A stretch of 64,000 nucleotides of DNA from a virus (Duplodnaviria > Caudoviricetes). The position numbers and the translations under genes are program-made. The stretch is taken from positions 2,219-66,218 of the IMG/VR virus record IMGVR_UViG_3300043673_000084; one strand, 5' to 3'. Positions within the stretch are counted from its first letter, which is position 1. Every line of letters begins with the position of its first letter. The notes under the pieces were generated by a model that was given only the letters and a program-made list of their open reading frames with translations, searched no databases and had not been told where the DNA came from. Shown here one piece after another: positions 56,323 to 64,000 of the stretch.

Positions 56323-57584
56323 GCGGCATCCTTGAGCGCGGCGCGCAGCCAAGGAAATCGCTTTCCGATGCCAGATCTAAGGCGGAAACTGTCAGCGTGA
56401 CTGAAATGTCCTGCGTAACTAGAGCAAACTGATTTCAGTTCATCCAGCGCGTCGATGTCACTAGTTACCTTCCCATCGATGACGTTCCGATTGCGCCATT
56501 CGGTGATCTTTGCGATGCAATGTCCTGATACTCGGCGGCGCACCACGGTATGGGTCGGATATACCACGTACCCAAGGAAGTCGATTCCAGCCGAGACCGG
56601 CTTTAGTTTTATGTCAGCCTTGAGCTCAAGCGACAGTTGATCGGCCAGAAATCTCTCGATCTCGATTCGCCACTGATTCAACTGATCTCGGTCTGAATGC
56701 AGCAGAACGAAATCATCCACGTATCTTAGGTAGCGCTTTACCGCCAATCGACGCTTGACGAACTGGTCCAATCGATCCAGGTATACGTTTGCAAAAAATT
56801 GGCTCGATAGATTGCCGATCGGGATACCGAATCCGGCCGGCGCGCGCTCCAGGCGCTTATGCTCTGGGATGGAAGCTAACTCTGCGGGAGTGCAGGCGTA
56901 TCTCACGCCATAAGCAACAGGCGATCGCTTCAGCAGCGCGTGGACGGCATGCTGACACTCTGGCGATACGCCAAAGCGCTCCATTTTTTCCTTGAGCATT
57001 CGATAAAGAATCGGCCGGCTGATCCGGTTGAAGAAATTCTTGATGTCAAGTTGCAGGAAATGCCCTGCACCGGTCTGCCGGACAAACTGTTGAAGTCTCC
57101 GGACGGCAGCGTGCGTTCCCTTGCCAATTCGGTTCGAATAGCTGTCGAAAATGAATGATTGCTCGTAAATTCGCTCCAGCTGCGGGACAAGCCAGTGGTG
57201 AACGACCCTATCGGAGAAGTCTGGCGCGTGAATTTCACGTGCCTTCGGCGCTTTTGCGACAAAGCAGGTTGTCGGACTCGGTTCCCAAGTGCCGGCCAGA
57301 AGAGACTTCTCAAGTTCAATCAGCCGGTCGATCCATTGATCATCGAAGGACAATTGATTCGGGCTTGGCTTCTTGCGTCGGTGAGCCCTACGCATAGCAG
57401 TGTGGAGGGCACGGAAACTCGGCGTTTGACTCTCACTGGCGCGGACCGCGCGGACACGATAGTCGTTGTTCTGGTTGTTCCAGTTCGTATTGCCATTGTT
57501 GAAATTGACTATCCACGCGTAATCGGCTGTTATCCCACGCACTTGAGACGCGGCCGCGCGGTCGGGCAGGCGCGGCGTTGTCAT
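56319..57584 (-). CDS. DGR reverse transcriptase
   Basis: PKAREIHAPDFSDRVVHH, DSYSNRIGKGTH, LQLDIKNFF, GIPIGNLSSQFFANVYL, RYVDDF, IDFLGY. Confidence 0.96.
   Translation of the reverse strand: MTTPRLPDRAAASQVRGITADYAWIVNFNNGNTNWNNQNNDYRVRAVRASESQTPSFRALHTAMRRAHRRKKPSPNQLSFDDQWIDRLIELEKSLLAGTWEPSPTTCFVAKAPKAREIHAPDFSDRVVHHWLVPQLERIYEQSFIFDSYSNRIGKGTHAAVRRLQQFVRQTGAGHFLQLDIKNFFNRISRPILYRMLKEKMERFGVSPECQHAVHALLKRSPVAYGVRYACTPAELASIPEHKRLERAPAGFGIPIGNLSSQFFANVYLDRLDQFVKRRLAVKRYLRYVDDFVLLHSDRDQLNQWRIEIERFLADQLSLELKADIKLKPVSAGIDFLGYVVYPTHTVVRRRVSGHCIAKITEWRNRNVIDGKVTSDIDALDELKSVCSSYAGHFSHADSFRLRSGIGKRFPWLRAALKDAA
57435..57529 (-). repeat. DGR template repeat (TR), 95 bp
   Basis: Reads ADYAWIVNFNNGNTNWNNQNNDYRVRAVRAS with 9 AAY codons and 28 adenines; differs from both VRs only at adenines. 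Confidence 0.96.
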
Positions 57585-58012
57585 GGTCTTGCCTCTGAGG
57601 CGGCATGGGAACTCAGAATCTCGGCACTCTGGAACGGCAATTGTTTTGCCGCTCCATTCTGGCCATTTGAACGCTGCTGCTTACGCCACCCTCCACACTG
57701 CTTGCCCAGGTCCGAGGCTAACTTCGCGAGCATTTCGAACTGCGCGAAACTCACGAAGGCCTCGATGTTCTTGCCGAGTTGTAGACTCAGCTTAAAATCG
57801 TCAACCGCCCATATCAGTTTGTCGGTCCATTGCGCCTGGTGCTTTCGATCCCTCCAGGCGCGATGAGCCAATTGCGCCACGCGCATTGCTTGTTCCCGGA
57901 GTCTGGCTCCATGCGAATATTTGTGATACCTCGTAAAGCGGCGAACCGCCTGCTCTATTTCAAGAAGCAAGCGCTCCGCATTTTTCACGATGGGCGGTAA
58001 GTCAAGACTCAT
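57581..58012 (-). CDS. avd: DGR accessory variability determinant (Avd-like four-helix bundle)
   Basis: F.RYHKYSHGARLRE, LGKQCGGWRK; lies between target and TR/RT. Confidence 0.88.
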   Translation of the reverse strand: MSLDLPPIVKNAERLLLEIEQAVRRFTRYHKYSHGARLREQAMRVAQLAHRAWRDRKHQAQWTDKLIWAVDDFKLSLQLGKNIEAFVSFAQFEMLAKLASDLGKQCGGWRKQQRSNGQNGAAKQLPFQSAEILSSHAASEARP

Positions 58013-58554
58013 CTAACGTTCCAAAAATCCGAATTTCCCTGACTGGCGCGGACCGCGCGGACACGATAGCCGTTGTCCTGGTCGTCCCAGAGCGCACCGC
58101 CATTGCCGAAATAGACTATCCACGCGGAATCGGCTGGGTTTGAATGGGCCGGAGTCGACGTCCAGTAGTACGTTGACTTGCACTCAAAGAAATCCGTGTC
58201 GATACACGGATCGTGGCGCTCATAGTCAACCAGCGTCAGCAATTCACGGATCGTCGGGAGTCGCCAATCTGAATGGCCGCCAACTCGAAGGTTGGCGCAG
58301 GCGTCCTTGGCCTTAGCCCAGTTCATCTCGCCAAGTGACTTCTGAGCCCATACGAGGCCGGTGGCGGAATCGCCAACCATTTCATCGCCAAGTTTCGAAA
58401 ACCGCGCATTGATCGCAATGCGCGGATTTACATCTATCCCGGGACTGTCACTCTCATTGCACAAAGTGCTTGTGATAGCGAATATTTCCCTTGGGGAAGC
58501 CTTTGCGATTCTCTGCGCGATCAATTCGCGCAGTTCATTGCCAAGTGTTTTCAC
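58009..58554 (-). CDS. DGR target 1: DUF1566 (Lcl C-terminal, C-type lectin fold) protein
   Basis: DSATGLVW, W.KA..AC..L..GG.SDWRLPTIRELLTLVD, YYWTST, AW.V.F..G, VRAVR. Confidence 0.92.
   Translation of the reverse strand: MKTLGNELRELIAQRIAKASPREIFAITSTLCNESDSPGIDVNPRIAINARFSKLGDEMVGDSATGLVWAQKSLGEMNWAKAKDACANLRVGGHSDWRLPTIRELLTLVDYERHDPCIDTDFFECKSTYYWTSTPAHSNPADSAWIVYFGNGGALWDDQDNGYRVRAVRASQGNSDFWNVR
58042..58136 (-). repeat. DGR variable repeat VR1
   Basis: 95-bp ungapped match to TR; 13 mismatches, all at TR adenines. Confidence 0.96.
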
Positions 58555-58579
58555 TTCGATCTCTCCCTAAAAACCTAAA

Positions 58580-58993
58580 TTACTGACTGGCGCGGACCGC
58601 GCGGACACGATAGCCGTCGTTCTGGGCGCCCCAGTCCGCACCGCCATCGTCGAAATCGACTAACCACGCGCAATCGGCTGGATACTTGGCGACCACTGTT
58701 CCAGTCCAATACCAATCGTTGTGGCAGTTCGGAAAGAATCCCTTGTCGATGGCAGGCTCGAACTTGGTTCGGTCTGCCAGCATGAAGAGCTCTTCAACGG
58801 TCGGCAGACGCCAATCTTTGAAGCCAGCCACTTCAGATCCGTTTGCGTGAGACTGAGCGGCAGCGAAATTCAGTTCTTCGGTCTCGCCGGCGTCCCAAAT
58901 AAGCCCCGTCGTGTTGTCGAGAACGGCTACCCATTCATTGGCGCCGTCATCCAATTTCGCGCCATCCTTTCCAATCTTCGTGAACCTATTCAT
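58580..58993 (-). CDS. DGR target 2: DUF1566 (C-type lectin fold) protein
   Basis: VLDNTTGLIW, GFKDWRLPTVEEL, WYWTGT, AW.V.F..G, VRAVRASQ*. Confidence 0.92.
   Translation of the reverse strand: MNRFTKIGKDGAKLDDGANEWVAVLDNTTGLIWDAGETEELNFAAAQSHANGSEVAGFKDWRLPTVEELFMLADRTKFEPAIDKGFFPNCHNDWYWTGTVVAKYPADCAWLVDFDDGGADWGAQNDGYRVRAVRASQ
58586..58680 (-). repeat. DGR variable repeat VR2
   Basis: 95-bp ungapped match to TR; 15 mismatches, all at TR adenines. Confidence 0.96.
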
Positions 58994-59011
58994 TTGTATC
59001 CTCTTGTTGAT

Positions 59012-59467
59012 TTAAGCGGCAGCGCCGTATTTTTCGTCGGCGTATCTCGAAACTTCGGCGGCCAGGTCGGACTGCGCCATGTCCAGGAGGCGGGCGCAGA
59101 TCGTCATCATTCCCCCCATGATTCGGCCAAACTCCACGTCATCCGGGATCGCGTCATAACTGAGGCTCCCAGGCATATTTTTGATCTCGCCATCCACGGT
59201 CGTGTATTCCCTGGTGTAGCCAGATTCCTCGGCGATGGCGTAGCGGAAATTGGTGAAGGTCATGAACTTCTTTTCCCAATGTTCCGGCAGGTTCGCCCAG
59301 GTCAGATTCAGCAGGGCCATGCAAAGTTTGTGGTGCTGGTAGTTGCGTGGCTTCACTACATCTGCGCGATAGACCTCACCGATCTTGTACTTGCGATGAA
59401 CGTCCTGGGACGCCTCGTCGGCGCATACAAAGCCGGTGAGAGTCTTGCGCAGATATAGTTGAGCCAT
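59012..59467 (-). CDS. DUF1367 family protein
   Basis: MAQLYL.KT...KIGEV..ADV.KPRN.QHHK..MALL, P.SLSY. Confidence 0.75.
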   Translation of the reverse strand: MAQLYLRKTLTGFVCADEASQDVHRKYKIGEVYRADVVKPRNYQHHKLCMALLNLTWANLPEHWEKKFMTFTNFRYAIAEESGYTREYTTVDGEIKNMPGSLSYDAIPDDVEFGRIMGGMMTICARLLDMAQSDLAAEVSRYADEKYGAAA

Positions 59468-59470
59468 GGA

Positions 59471-60784
59471 CTAGGCCGCTTCTTCGGTCGCGGCCTTCAC
59501 GCGCCCATCGGATATCACCAGCGCTGAATCGCTGTGCGCGAATACCGATTCCACCCACACCTGGCATTCGTTCTCGGCGGCCATCGCGGTCAGAAGCGCG
59601 AAGCTCTCCTGGTCCAGTAGTCCGCCATCGCGGATCCTGATGACCCGAAGCTTGCTGTTCGAGCGCATCGCTATGGCAATGCTGGCCTTCAGTTGCTCGG
59701 CGCTTGATGCCTGATCGAACGGCAGGCCATTCAGCGTTATGAACCCATCCCCAAACCCCAAGCCATCCACGGGCATTTCGGCGGCCGCAATGGCGTCGTT
59801 CTTCGCTTTGGTGCGGGCCTTGATGCTGGCGGACAATTCGTCGGACTTGAGGGCTGCATCGGTCGCAACCTTTTCCAGCGATGACTTTTTGCGGCGAGCC
59901 TCGGATGCGGTTCGGATGCGAGCGTTAAGCGCCTGGGTCTGCGTCAGTCCGGCGCGCAGCTCCTTGACGTCCTTCAGTGCCTCCAGGGGCGGGAGTGCCT
60001 GTACGGCCTCGCGTTGCTCATTCACCTGGCGATCCAGGGACAACGCAACGGTCTCCATTTGCTCGGCCTTGGCCCGAAGGTCAGCGGCTTCCTTGCGGCG
60101 TTCGTCGGCGGTCCTGACAAGGCGCGCGACGTCAGAGATGACGTTGTTTCGGCGGTTCAACTCCTTTTCGATGTCTGAATTGAACTGCGCGGCGCCGGCG
60201 ATATCGTCCAGCAGCTTGGATTCGTCGGTCTCGTCTTCCGGTAGATCTCCCGGAATTTCGATCAGACCGGCGGCGGCCTTCGCTTCCTCCATGCGCTTAT
60301 TCGCTTCGGCGCGGCGCTCAAAGTCGCCACGGTTCTGGTTATCGACCTTTTCAAAATCGATTCCAGGCACGAATCCGCGCAGCATGTCGAACTGTTCTTT
60401 CGGCTTCTTGCGGGAGAATTCCAGGGGGTCGAATGTCAGACTAGACAGCAGCGCATCCAGCATTGTCTGCGGGCTCTTGTAGCTCGAGCCGTCTGCCCCC
60501 TCGACCTTGACCGATGTCGTGAACTTGTCATCGCCCTGGCGCTTGAATGTGCGCGTGACGATCAACTCACCAAGGTCTAGCTTTATACTGGCCCTTTCTG
60601 CGCCGCGGCGGATCGGCTCGCTTTGGATGGTGCCGACACCGGCAAGGGCCCACCAGATGGCATCCAGGGTGCTGGTCTTGCCATTGGCGTTAGCACCACT
60701 GATTTCAATGACATCGCCCTCTGGTGTAATGTCCACGGCATAGAGCCGCTTCAGGTTTTCTGCTTCCAATCGTAGGATCTTCAC
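59471..60784 (-). CDS. SMC/AAA_23-like ATPase with coiled coil
   Basis: ISGANANGKTSTLDAI, QASSAEQL signature, IRDGGLLD. Confidence 0.88.
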   Translation of the reverse strand: MKILRLEAENLKRLYAVDITPEGDVIEISGANANGKTSTLDAIWWALAGVGTIQSEPIRRGAERASIKLDLGELIVTRTFKRQGDDKFTTSVKVEGADGSSYKSPQTMLDALLSSLTFDPLEFSRKKPKEQFDMLRGFVPGIDFEKVDNQNRGDFERRAEANKRMEEAKAAAGLIEIPGDLPEDETDESKLLDDIAGAAQFNSDIEKELNRRNNVISDVARLVRTADERRKEAADLRAKAEQMETVALSLDRQVNEQREAVQALPPLEALKDVKELRAGLTQTQALNARIRTASEARRKKSSLEKVATDAALKSDELSASIKARTKAKNDAIAAAEMPVDGLGFGDGFITLNGLPFDQASSAEQLKASIAIAMRSNSKLRVIRIRDGGLLDQESFALLTAMAAENECQVWVESVFAHSDSALVISDGRVKAATEEAA

Positions 60785-60974
60785 TTTTTGTTTTCCTTTG
60801 CTTTGATTGCGTCTGTGATGTAGCGCTGACCGGCGGCGGTGGCCGCCTGTGGGCTGATGAAGAAATTGCTCAGTTCTTCATCGTCAACGTAGGCGAGGAA
60901 GTCAGGGCCCATGAACCGCACCGCAATCAATCGATCGCGGTACAGTTCGGGCAGTCCCACAAGCGGCCGCTGGA

Positions 60975-62090
60975 TCATTTCTTTTCCTTCGCGGCCTTTG
61001 CGTCGCGCTGTTCGATGAATTCCTTGCGGTCGTGGAAGGTCGCTTCCAAGGAAATTGGAATCTCAACTGCCTTGAAGGCAACTGAGACCAGCTTCCACAG
61101 CAGCTTGAGCGCATCGATGGTCTCGGCTGACTTCAGCAACTCAATTGTTTGCGCCGGCGTCTGAACACGTATGCGCTCGATTTGCTTTAGATCATCGGTA
61201 TCGAAGTCCGGCTCCGCAGCCCTCGTCGCTGATTCGGCCTTATCCGCCGGCGGCTTGTCGTTGGCCTTCGGCGTGTCGGTCGGTTGCGCCTGGTCGGTGG
61301 ATTCGGACTGCGCCGGCGGCGGGATGAATGCGGCGTCAATGGCATCCTTCAGGTCGATGCTCTGACGATTCCCCATCTCGGACGTCTGATCAAGCATCAG
61401 CGCTGTCGCCAATTCAATGGACATTGGCATGTACTTGAGCACCTGGAGCAGCGGCACCTTGCGCCCGTACATTTCGAAATTGTTGTACGAGTAGTGCTTC
61501 TTCCCCACCTTGTTGTATTTGTTGCGGTGTCGGACGATCTTGCCAACTGGCCAGACTTCCATCACCGGGTACTCAGCACCCTTGACTCGACCAATCGCGT
61601 AGCAGTGCGTCAGCTTTTCTGGATCTTCATCCCCACCAGACGGCACGTGCTTGAGATACGGGCTGCTACCGAATTCGAATTCGAAGAAGTCTCCCTGGTA
61701 TACGGCGCCGGTCCAGACCGATGCGCGGCCGCTGCGGTTCACCAGGTCGCACAGGCCACGCCAGCCAGGAACAAACTGGCATTCGTCGCCATAGGGGACT
61801 AGATACGCCTGCCCCATGATCCCTGGCTCGAGTCCGAGTTGCGATCCAATGATGATTGACGCAAAGACGGACGCTGGGTGGCAGTCGGCCAGCTTCGGGT
61901 TTTGCCTGAAGCAAGTCAGTGCAATGCGCGCCATCCGATCCGGGTTGATGTGCTTCGGCAATGCCGCTGCGATTTGACCCTTGTACGCCTGGAGCATCTG
62001 CGGGAACGACTTCGGCTCATTTTTTGCTACTTGCTGGCCGGTCGCTGCTGCGCGAAGACGATCCCCTGTTGATTGTTGTGTTTCACTCAT
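60975..62090 (-). CDS. recT: RecT-family single-strand annealing protein
   Basis: IAAALPKHINPDRMARIALT, QLGLEP...GQAYLVPY, G..DLV.RSG, LKYMPMSIE. Confidence 0.92.
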   Translation of the reverse strand: MSETQQSTGDRLRAAATGQQVAKNEPKSFPQMLQAYKGQIAAALPKHINPDRMARIALTCFRQNPKLADCHPASVFASIIIGSQLGLEPGIMGQAYLVPYGDECQFVPGWRGLCDLVNRSGRASVWTGAVYQGDFFEFEFGSSPYLKHVPSGGDEDPEKLTHCYAIGRVKGAEYPVMEVWPVGKIVRHRNKYNKVGKKHYSYNNFEMYGRKVPLLQVLKYMPMSIELATALMLDQTSEMGNRQSIDLKDAIDAAFIPPPAQSESTDQAQPTDTPKANDKPPADKAESATRAAEPDFDTDDLKQIERIRVQTPAQTIELLKSAETIDALKLLWKLVSVAFKAVEIPISLEATFHDRKEFIEQRDAKAAKEKK

Positions 62091-62123
62091 CCAATGGTTT
62101 CCTTTTGTGACCTTAAGAAATTG

Positions 62124-62309
62124 TTACCCGATCTTGCGCGCCGGGTTTTCTGCGTCTTTGCGGGCTGCAACTTCCTCGCGATCCACTCGGATATGTTTCG
62201 GCGCATCGATTCCTACGCGTACTTGCCGCCCGTGCAGTCCAAGAATGCGAACCTCAATGTCGTTGCCGATCTTGATTGATTCCCCGATACGCCTAGTTAG
62301 TAAGAGCAA
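62124..62309 (-). CDS. csrA: Carbon storage regulator CsrA/RsmA homologue
   Basis: TTG start with AAGGA RBS: (M)LLLTRRIGESIKIGNDIEVRILG..GRQVRVGIDAPKHIRVDREEV. Confidence 0.9.
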   Translation of the reverse strand: MLLLTRRIGESIKIGNDIEVRILGLHGRQVRVGIDAPKHIRVDREEVAARKDAENPARKIG

Positions 62310-62784
62310 TTTGATGTTCCTTTTGCTTGAGTTTGGCGCGACCGTTGTTGGTGCGATTTCGCTCCACCTTGTCGCGCATGTTTTGCAAATGGGTACCAGG
62401 TGTAAGGTGACGCCCATTCATGCAAATGCCGTTGTCACAGGTATGGCGGATACACGTTCCGCGAACGTCTGAATTTGGAAGTTCTGGAATCGGACCATTC
62501 TGCAATTCGAATGCAAAGCGATGCGCGCTGACTACAGATCCGTCATCCAGATAAAAGAATCCGTAGAGTTGAGGATGATTGCCCCTTACGGTTCCGGTCC
62601 ACGGCCAGCATTGATCGGGTCGGAGCTTCTTCACGCATGACCAAAATCTTTCGACGTTTGTCATCTCACGGACTGTTTTTTCTGCTGGATCCCGGCCGCG
62701 ACTCCAGCGAGTCCAATGTTTAGAACAATAGCCACGCGCGCGGTGCGGCCTATTGCAACCGAGAATTGTGCAAGCCTTACTCAT
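62293..62784 (-). CDS. HNH endonuclease
   Basis: ERFWS.V, CWPWTG, AHRFAFEL, IRHTCDN.ICMN.RHL..GT..QNMRD. Confidence 0.88.
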   Translation of the reverse strand: MSKACTILGCNRPHRARGYCSKHWTRWSRGRDPAEKTVREMTNVERFWSCVKKLRPDQCWPWTGTVRGNHPQLYGFFYLDDGSVVSAHRFAFELQNGPIPELPNSDVRGTCIRHTCDNGICMNGRHLTPGTHLQNMRDKVERNRTNNGRAKLKQKEHQIALTN

Positions 62785-63743
62785 GGCTTGAAACTTTTGA
62801 CTTCGAACACTCGCGAACTGCCTTCGCGCATGTATTGCTTAAACAATTTCGGGTAGTCGGCCTTTAACGCGGCCTGGTCCAGATGCGCGTTCTTTCGCGC
62901 CTTCCACGTCGCCGCCGGCTTCTCCTGTCCGGGGATCTGGAGAATCGTCGCGGACTCCATATAGCGCTTGATCTGGAATTCCAGTACATCGCGCTCGGAT
63001 TCGCGCGCGGTGATCTCTGCCTCAACGGCTCGATAGCGCAGCAGCTTGTCAACCATGTCGGGCTCGGCGCGCGCAATGGTCTCTGCGTCAATCTTGAATA
63101 GGCGGTCAACGTCGGCCAGGTCGATGGGCTCCGGGGCGACGTTACGCAGCACGTACAGTTCCCAGAAATCGCGGGCCTGGGCGCGCATGCCTGCAATCGT
63201 GTCGTTGTCGCGCGATATCGGATAGATCTTGATTTCATCGGCGCCAAAGAGCGGCGCGACGATGCACAGATGGCGGCCGGTGATCCCCATACCCCATTGC
63301 GCCTGGGCGGCGTAGTGGATCGGGATCTCGTCGGTGAAGTCTTCACCCCACTCACGCGATGCGTTCGGGTGGACGGTTTTGAGTTCGACGTTGACGACAT
63401 CCGGGATATCGTCCAGCCGGATTTCGTAGTCGATCTCGGCGGCGAAGTAGGGGACATCAACATCGACATAGCGATGGTTGGCGCTCAAGACTTGAACCTT
63501 GTGTTCTTGGGCCTCGAGCTCAGCCACCAGCATTTCGCCGACGACGGCTTCCCAGACCTTGCCGCGCTGGAATAGCTTTTTCTTGCCAGGCCTCGGCGCG
63601 CGCGGCGGTTCGTTGCCTGTCTTCTTCTGCCAAACGCTGACGCGCGACTGCCACGGCGACACGCCCAGGACACCAGCGATATCAGCCCCGCCGATATAAA
63701 CCTTTCGGTCGATCTGACCTACGTCTTTGAGAATGGCGCTCAA
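62781..63743 (-). CDS. YqaJ/lambda-exonuclease-family protein
   Basis: IGGADIAGVLGVSPW, AEID, VELKT, IP.HY.AQ.QW.M.ITG. Confidence 0.9.
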   Translation of the reverse strand: MSAILKDVGQIDRKVYIGGADIAGVLGVSPWQSRVSVWQKKTGNEPPRAPRPGKKKLFQRGKVWEAVVGEMLVAELEAQEHKVQVLSANHRYVDVDVPYFAAEIDYEIRLDDIPDVVNVELKTVHPNASREWGEDFTDEIPIHYAAQAQWGMGITGRHLCIVAPLFGADEIKIYPISRDNDTIAGMRAQARDFWELYVLRNVAPEPIDLADVDRLFKIDAETIARAEPDMVDKLLRYRAVEAEITARESERDVLEFQIKRYMESATILQIPGQEKPAATWKARKNAHLDQAALKADYPKLFKQYMREGSSRVFEVKSFKP

Positions 63744-63928
63744 GCTGCGATCTCACCGTCAGTCAGTTGACGGTTTTCATCAGTAACTGAAAGCATCATT
63801 GCCAATCGCAATCGTTTCTCGGCGCTCTTGAAGTAGAACGCGGGCGGCGCTCCAGTAGGTGGATTCGTTTGCGCGTGACGCAGCGCCACCATGCAGGCCT
63901 CATAAATTCCATCGTCAATCTGGATCAT
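63740..63928 (-). CDS. Hypothetical protein
   Basis: AAAGGA RBS; overlaps the YqaJ start. Confidence 0.45.
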   Translation of the reverse strand: MIQIDDGIYEACMVALRHAQTNPPTGAPPAFYFKSAEKRLRLAMMLSVTDENRQLTDGEIAA

Positions 63929-64000
63929 CGGAAATCCTTTTGCGATTGTGGGATTTGTAATTGATCGATGATTCCGCGACTGGATCTGGCATTCCACCAT

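Noticed and set aside
56319-57584. Group II intron or retron RT
   Set aside because: No maturase/endonuclease extension or msr-msd evident; Avd, TR/VR and the GNLSSQ motif indicate a DGR RT.
57435-58680. CRISPR array or simple duplication for the three ~95-bp repeats
   Set aside because: Copies lie in coding regions ~550-600 bp apart with adenine-only mismatches next to RT and Avd; this is DGR TR/VR.

Overview
Most of the genome of a temperate contractile-tailed (myovirus-type) dsDNA phage with a lambdoid layout. The window opens inside a cI-like repressor gene, followed by cro/cII-like, replication, nin-like and Q-like genes, then terminase, portal, head, tail, baseplate and lysis modules on the + strand. 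The - strand carries a moron/early operon, an intact attP (3' half of tRNA-Arg(CCT) with four arm-type repeats), integrase/excisionase and a long early operon with DNA-modification and recombination genes. The best-supported unusual element is a complete diversity-generating retroelement (RT, Avd, 95-bp TR). It diversifies two small, tandem, signal-less DUF1566/C-type-lectin-fold proteins in the early operon rather than a tail fibre; all 28 TR/VR mismatches fall on TR adenines, and the TR is in frame inside the RT N-terminus. A second notable block is a ~9.7-kb, 9-gene cassette splitting the head module: a repeat 'wire' protein, two signal-peptide-bearing beta-helix/PKD proteins and a methyltransferase-Maf-like glycosyltransferase fusion. 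Family assignments come from motif recognition by eye, not database searches. The host is not determinable beyond a probable Proteobacterium.
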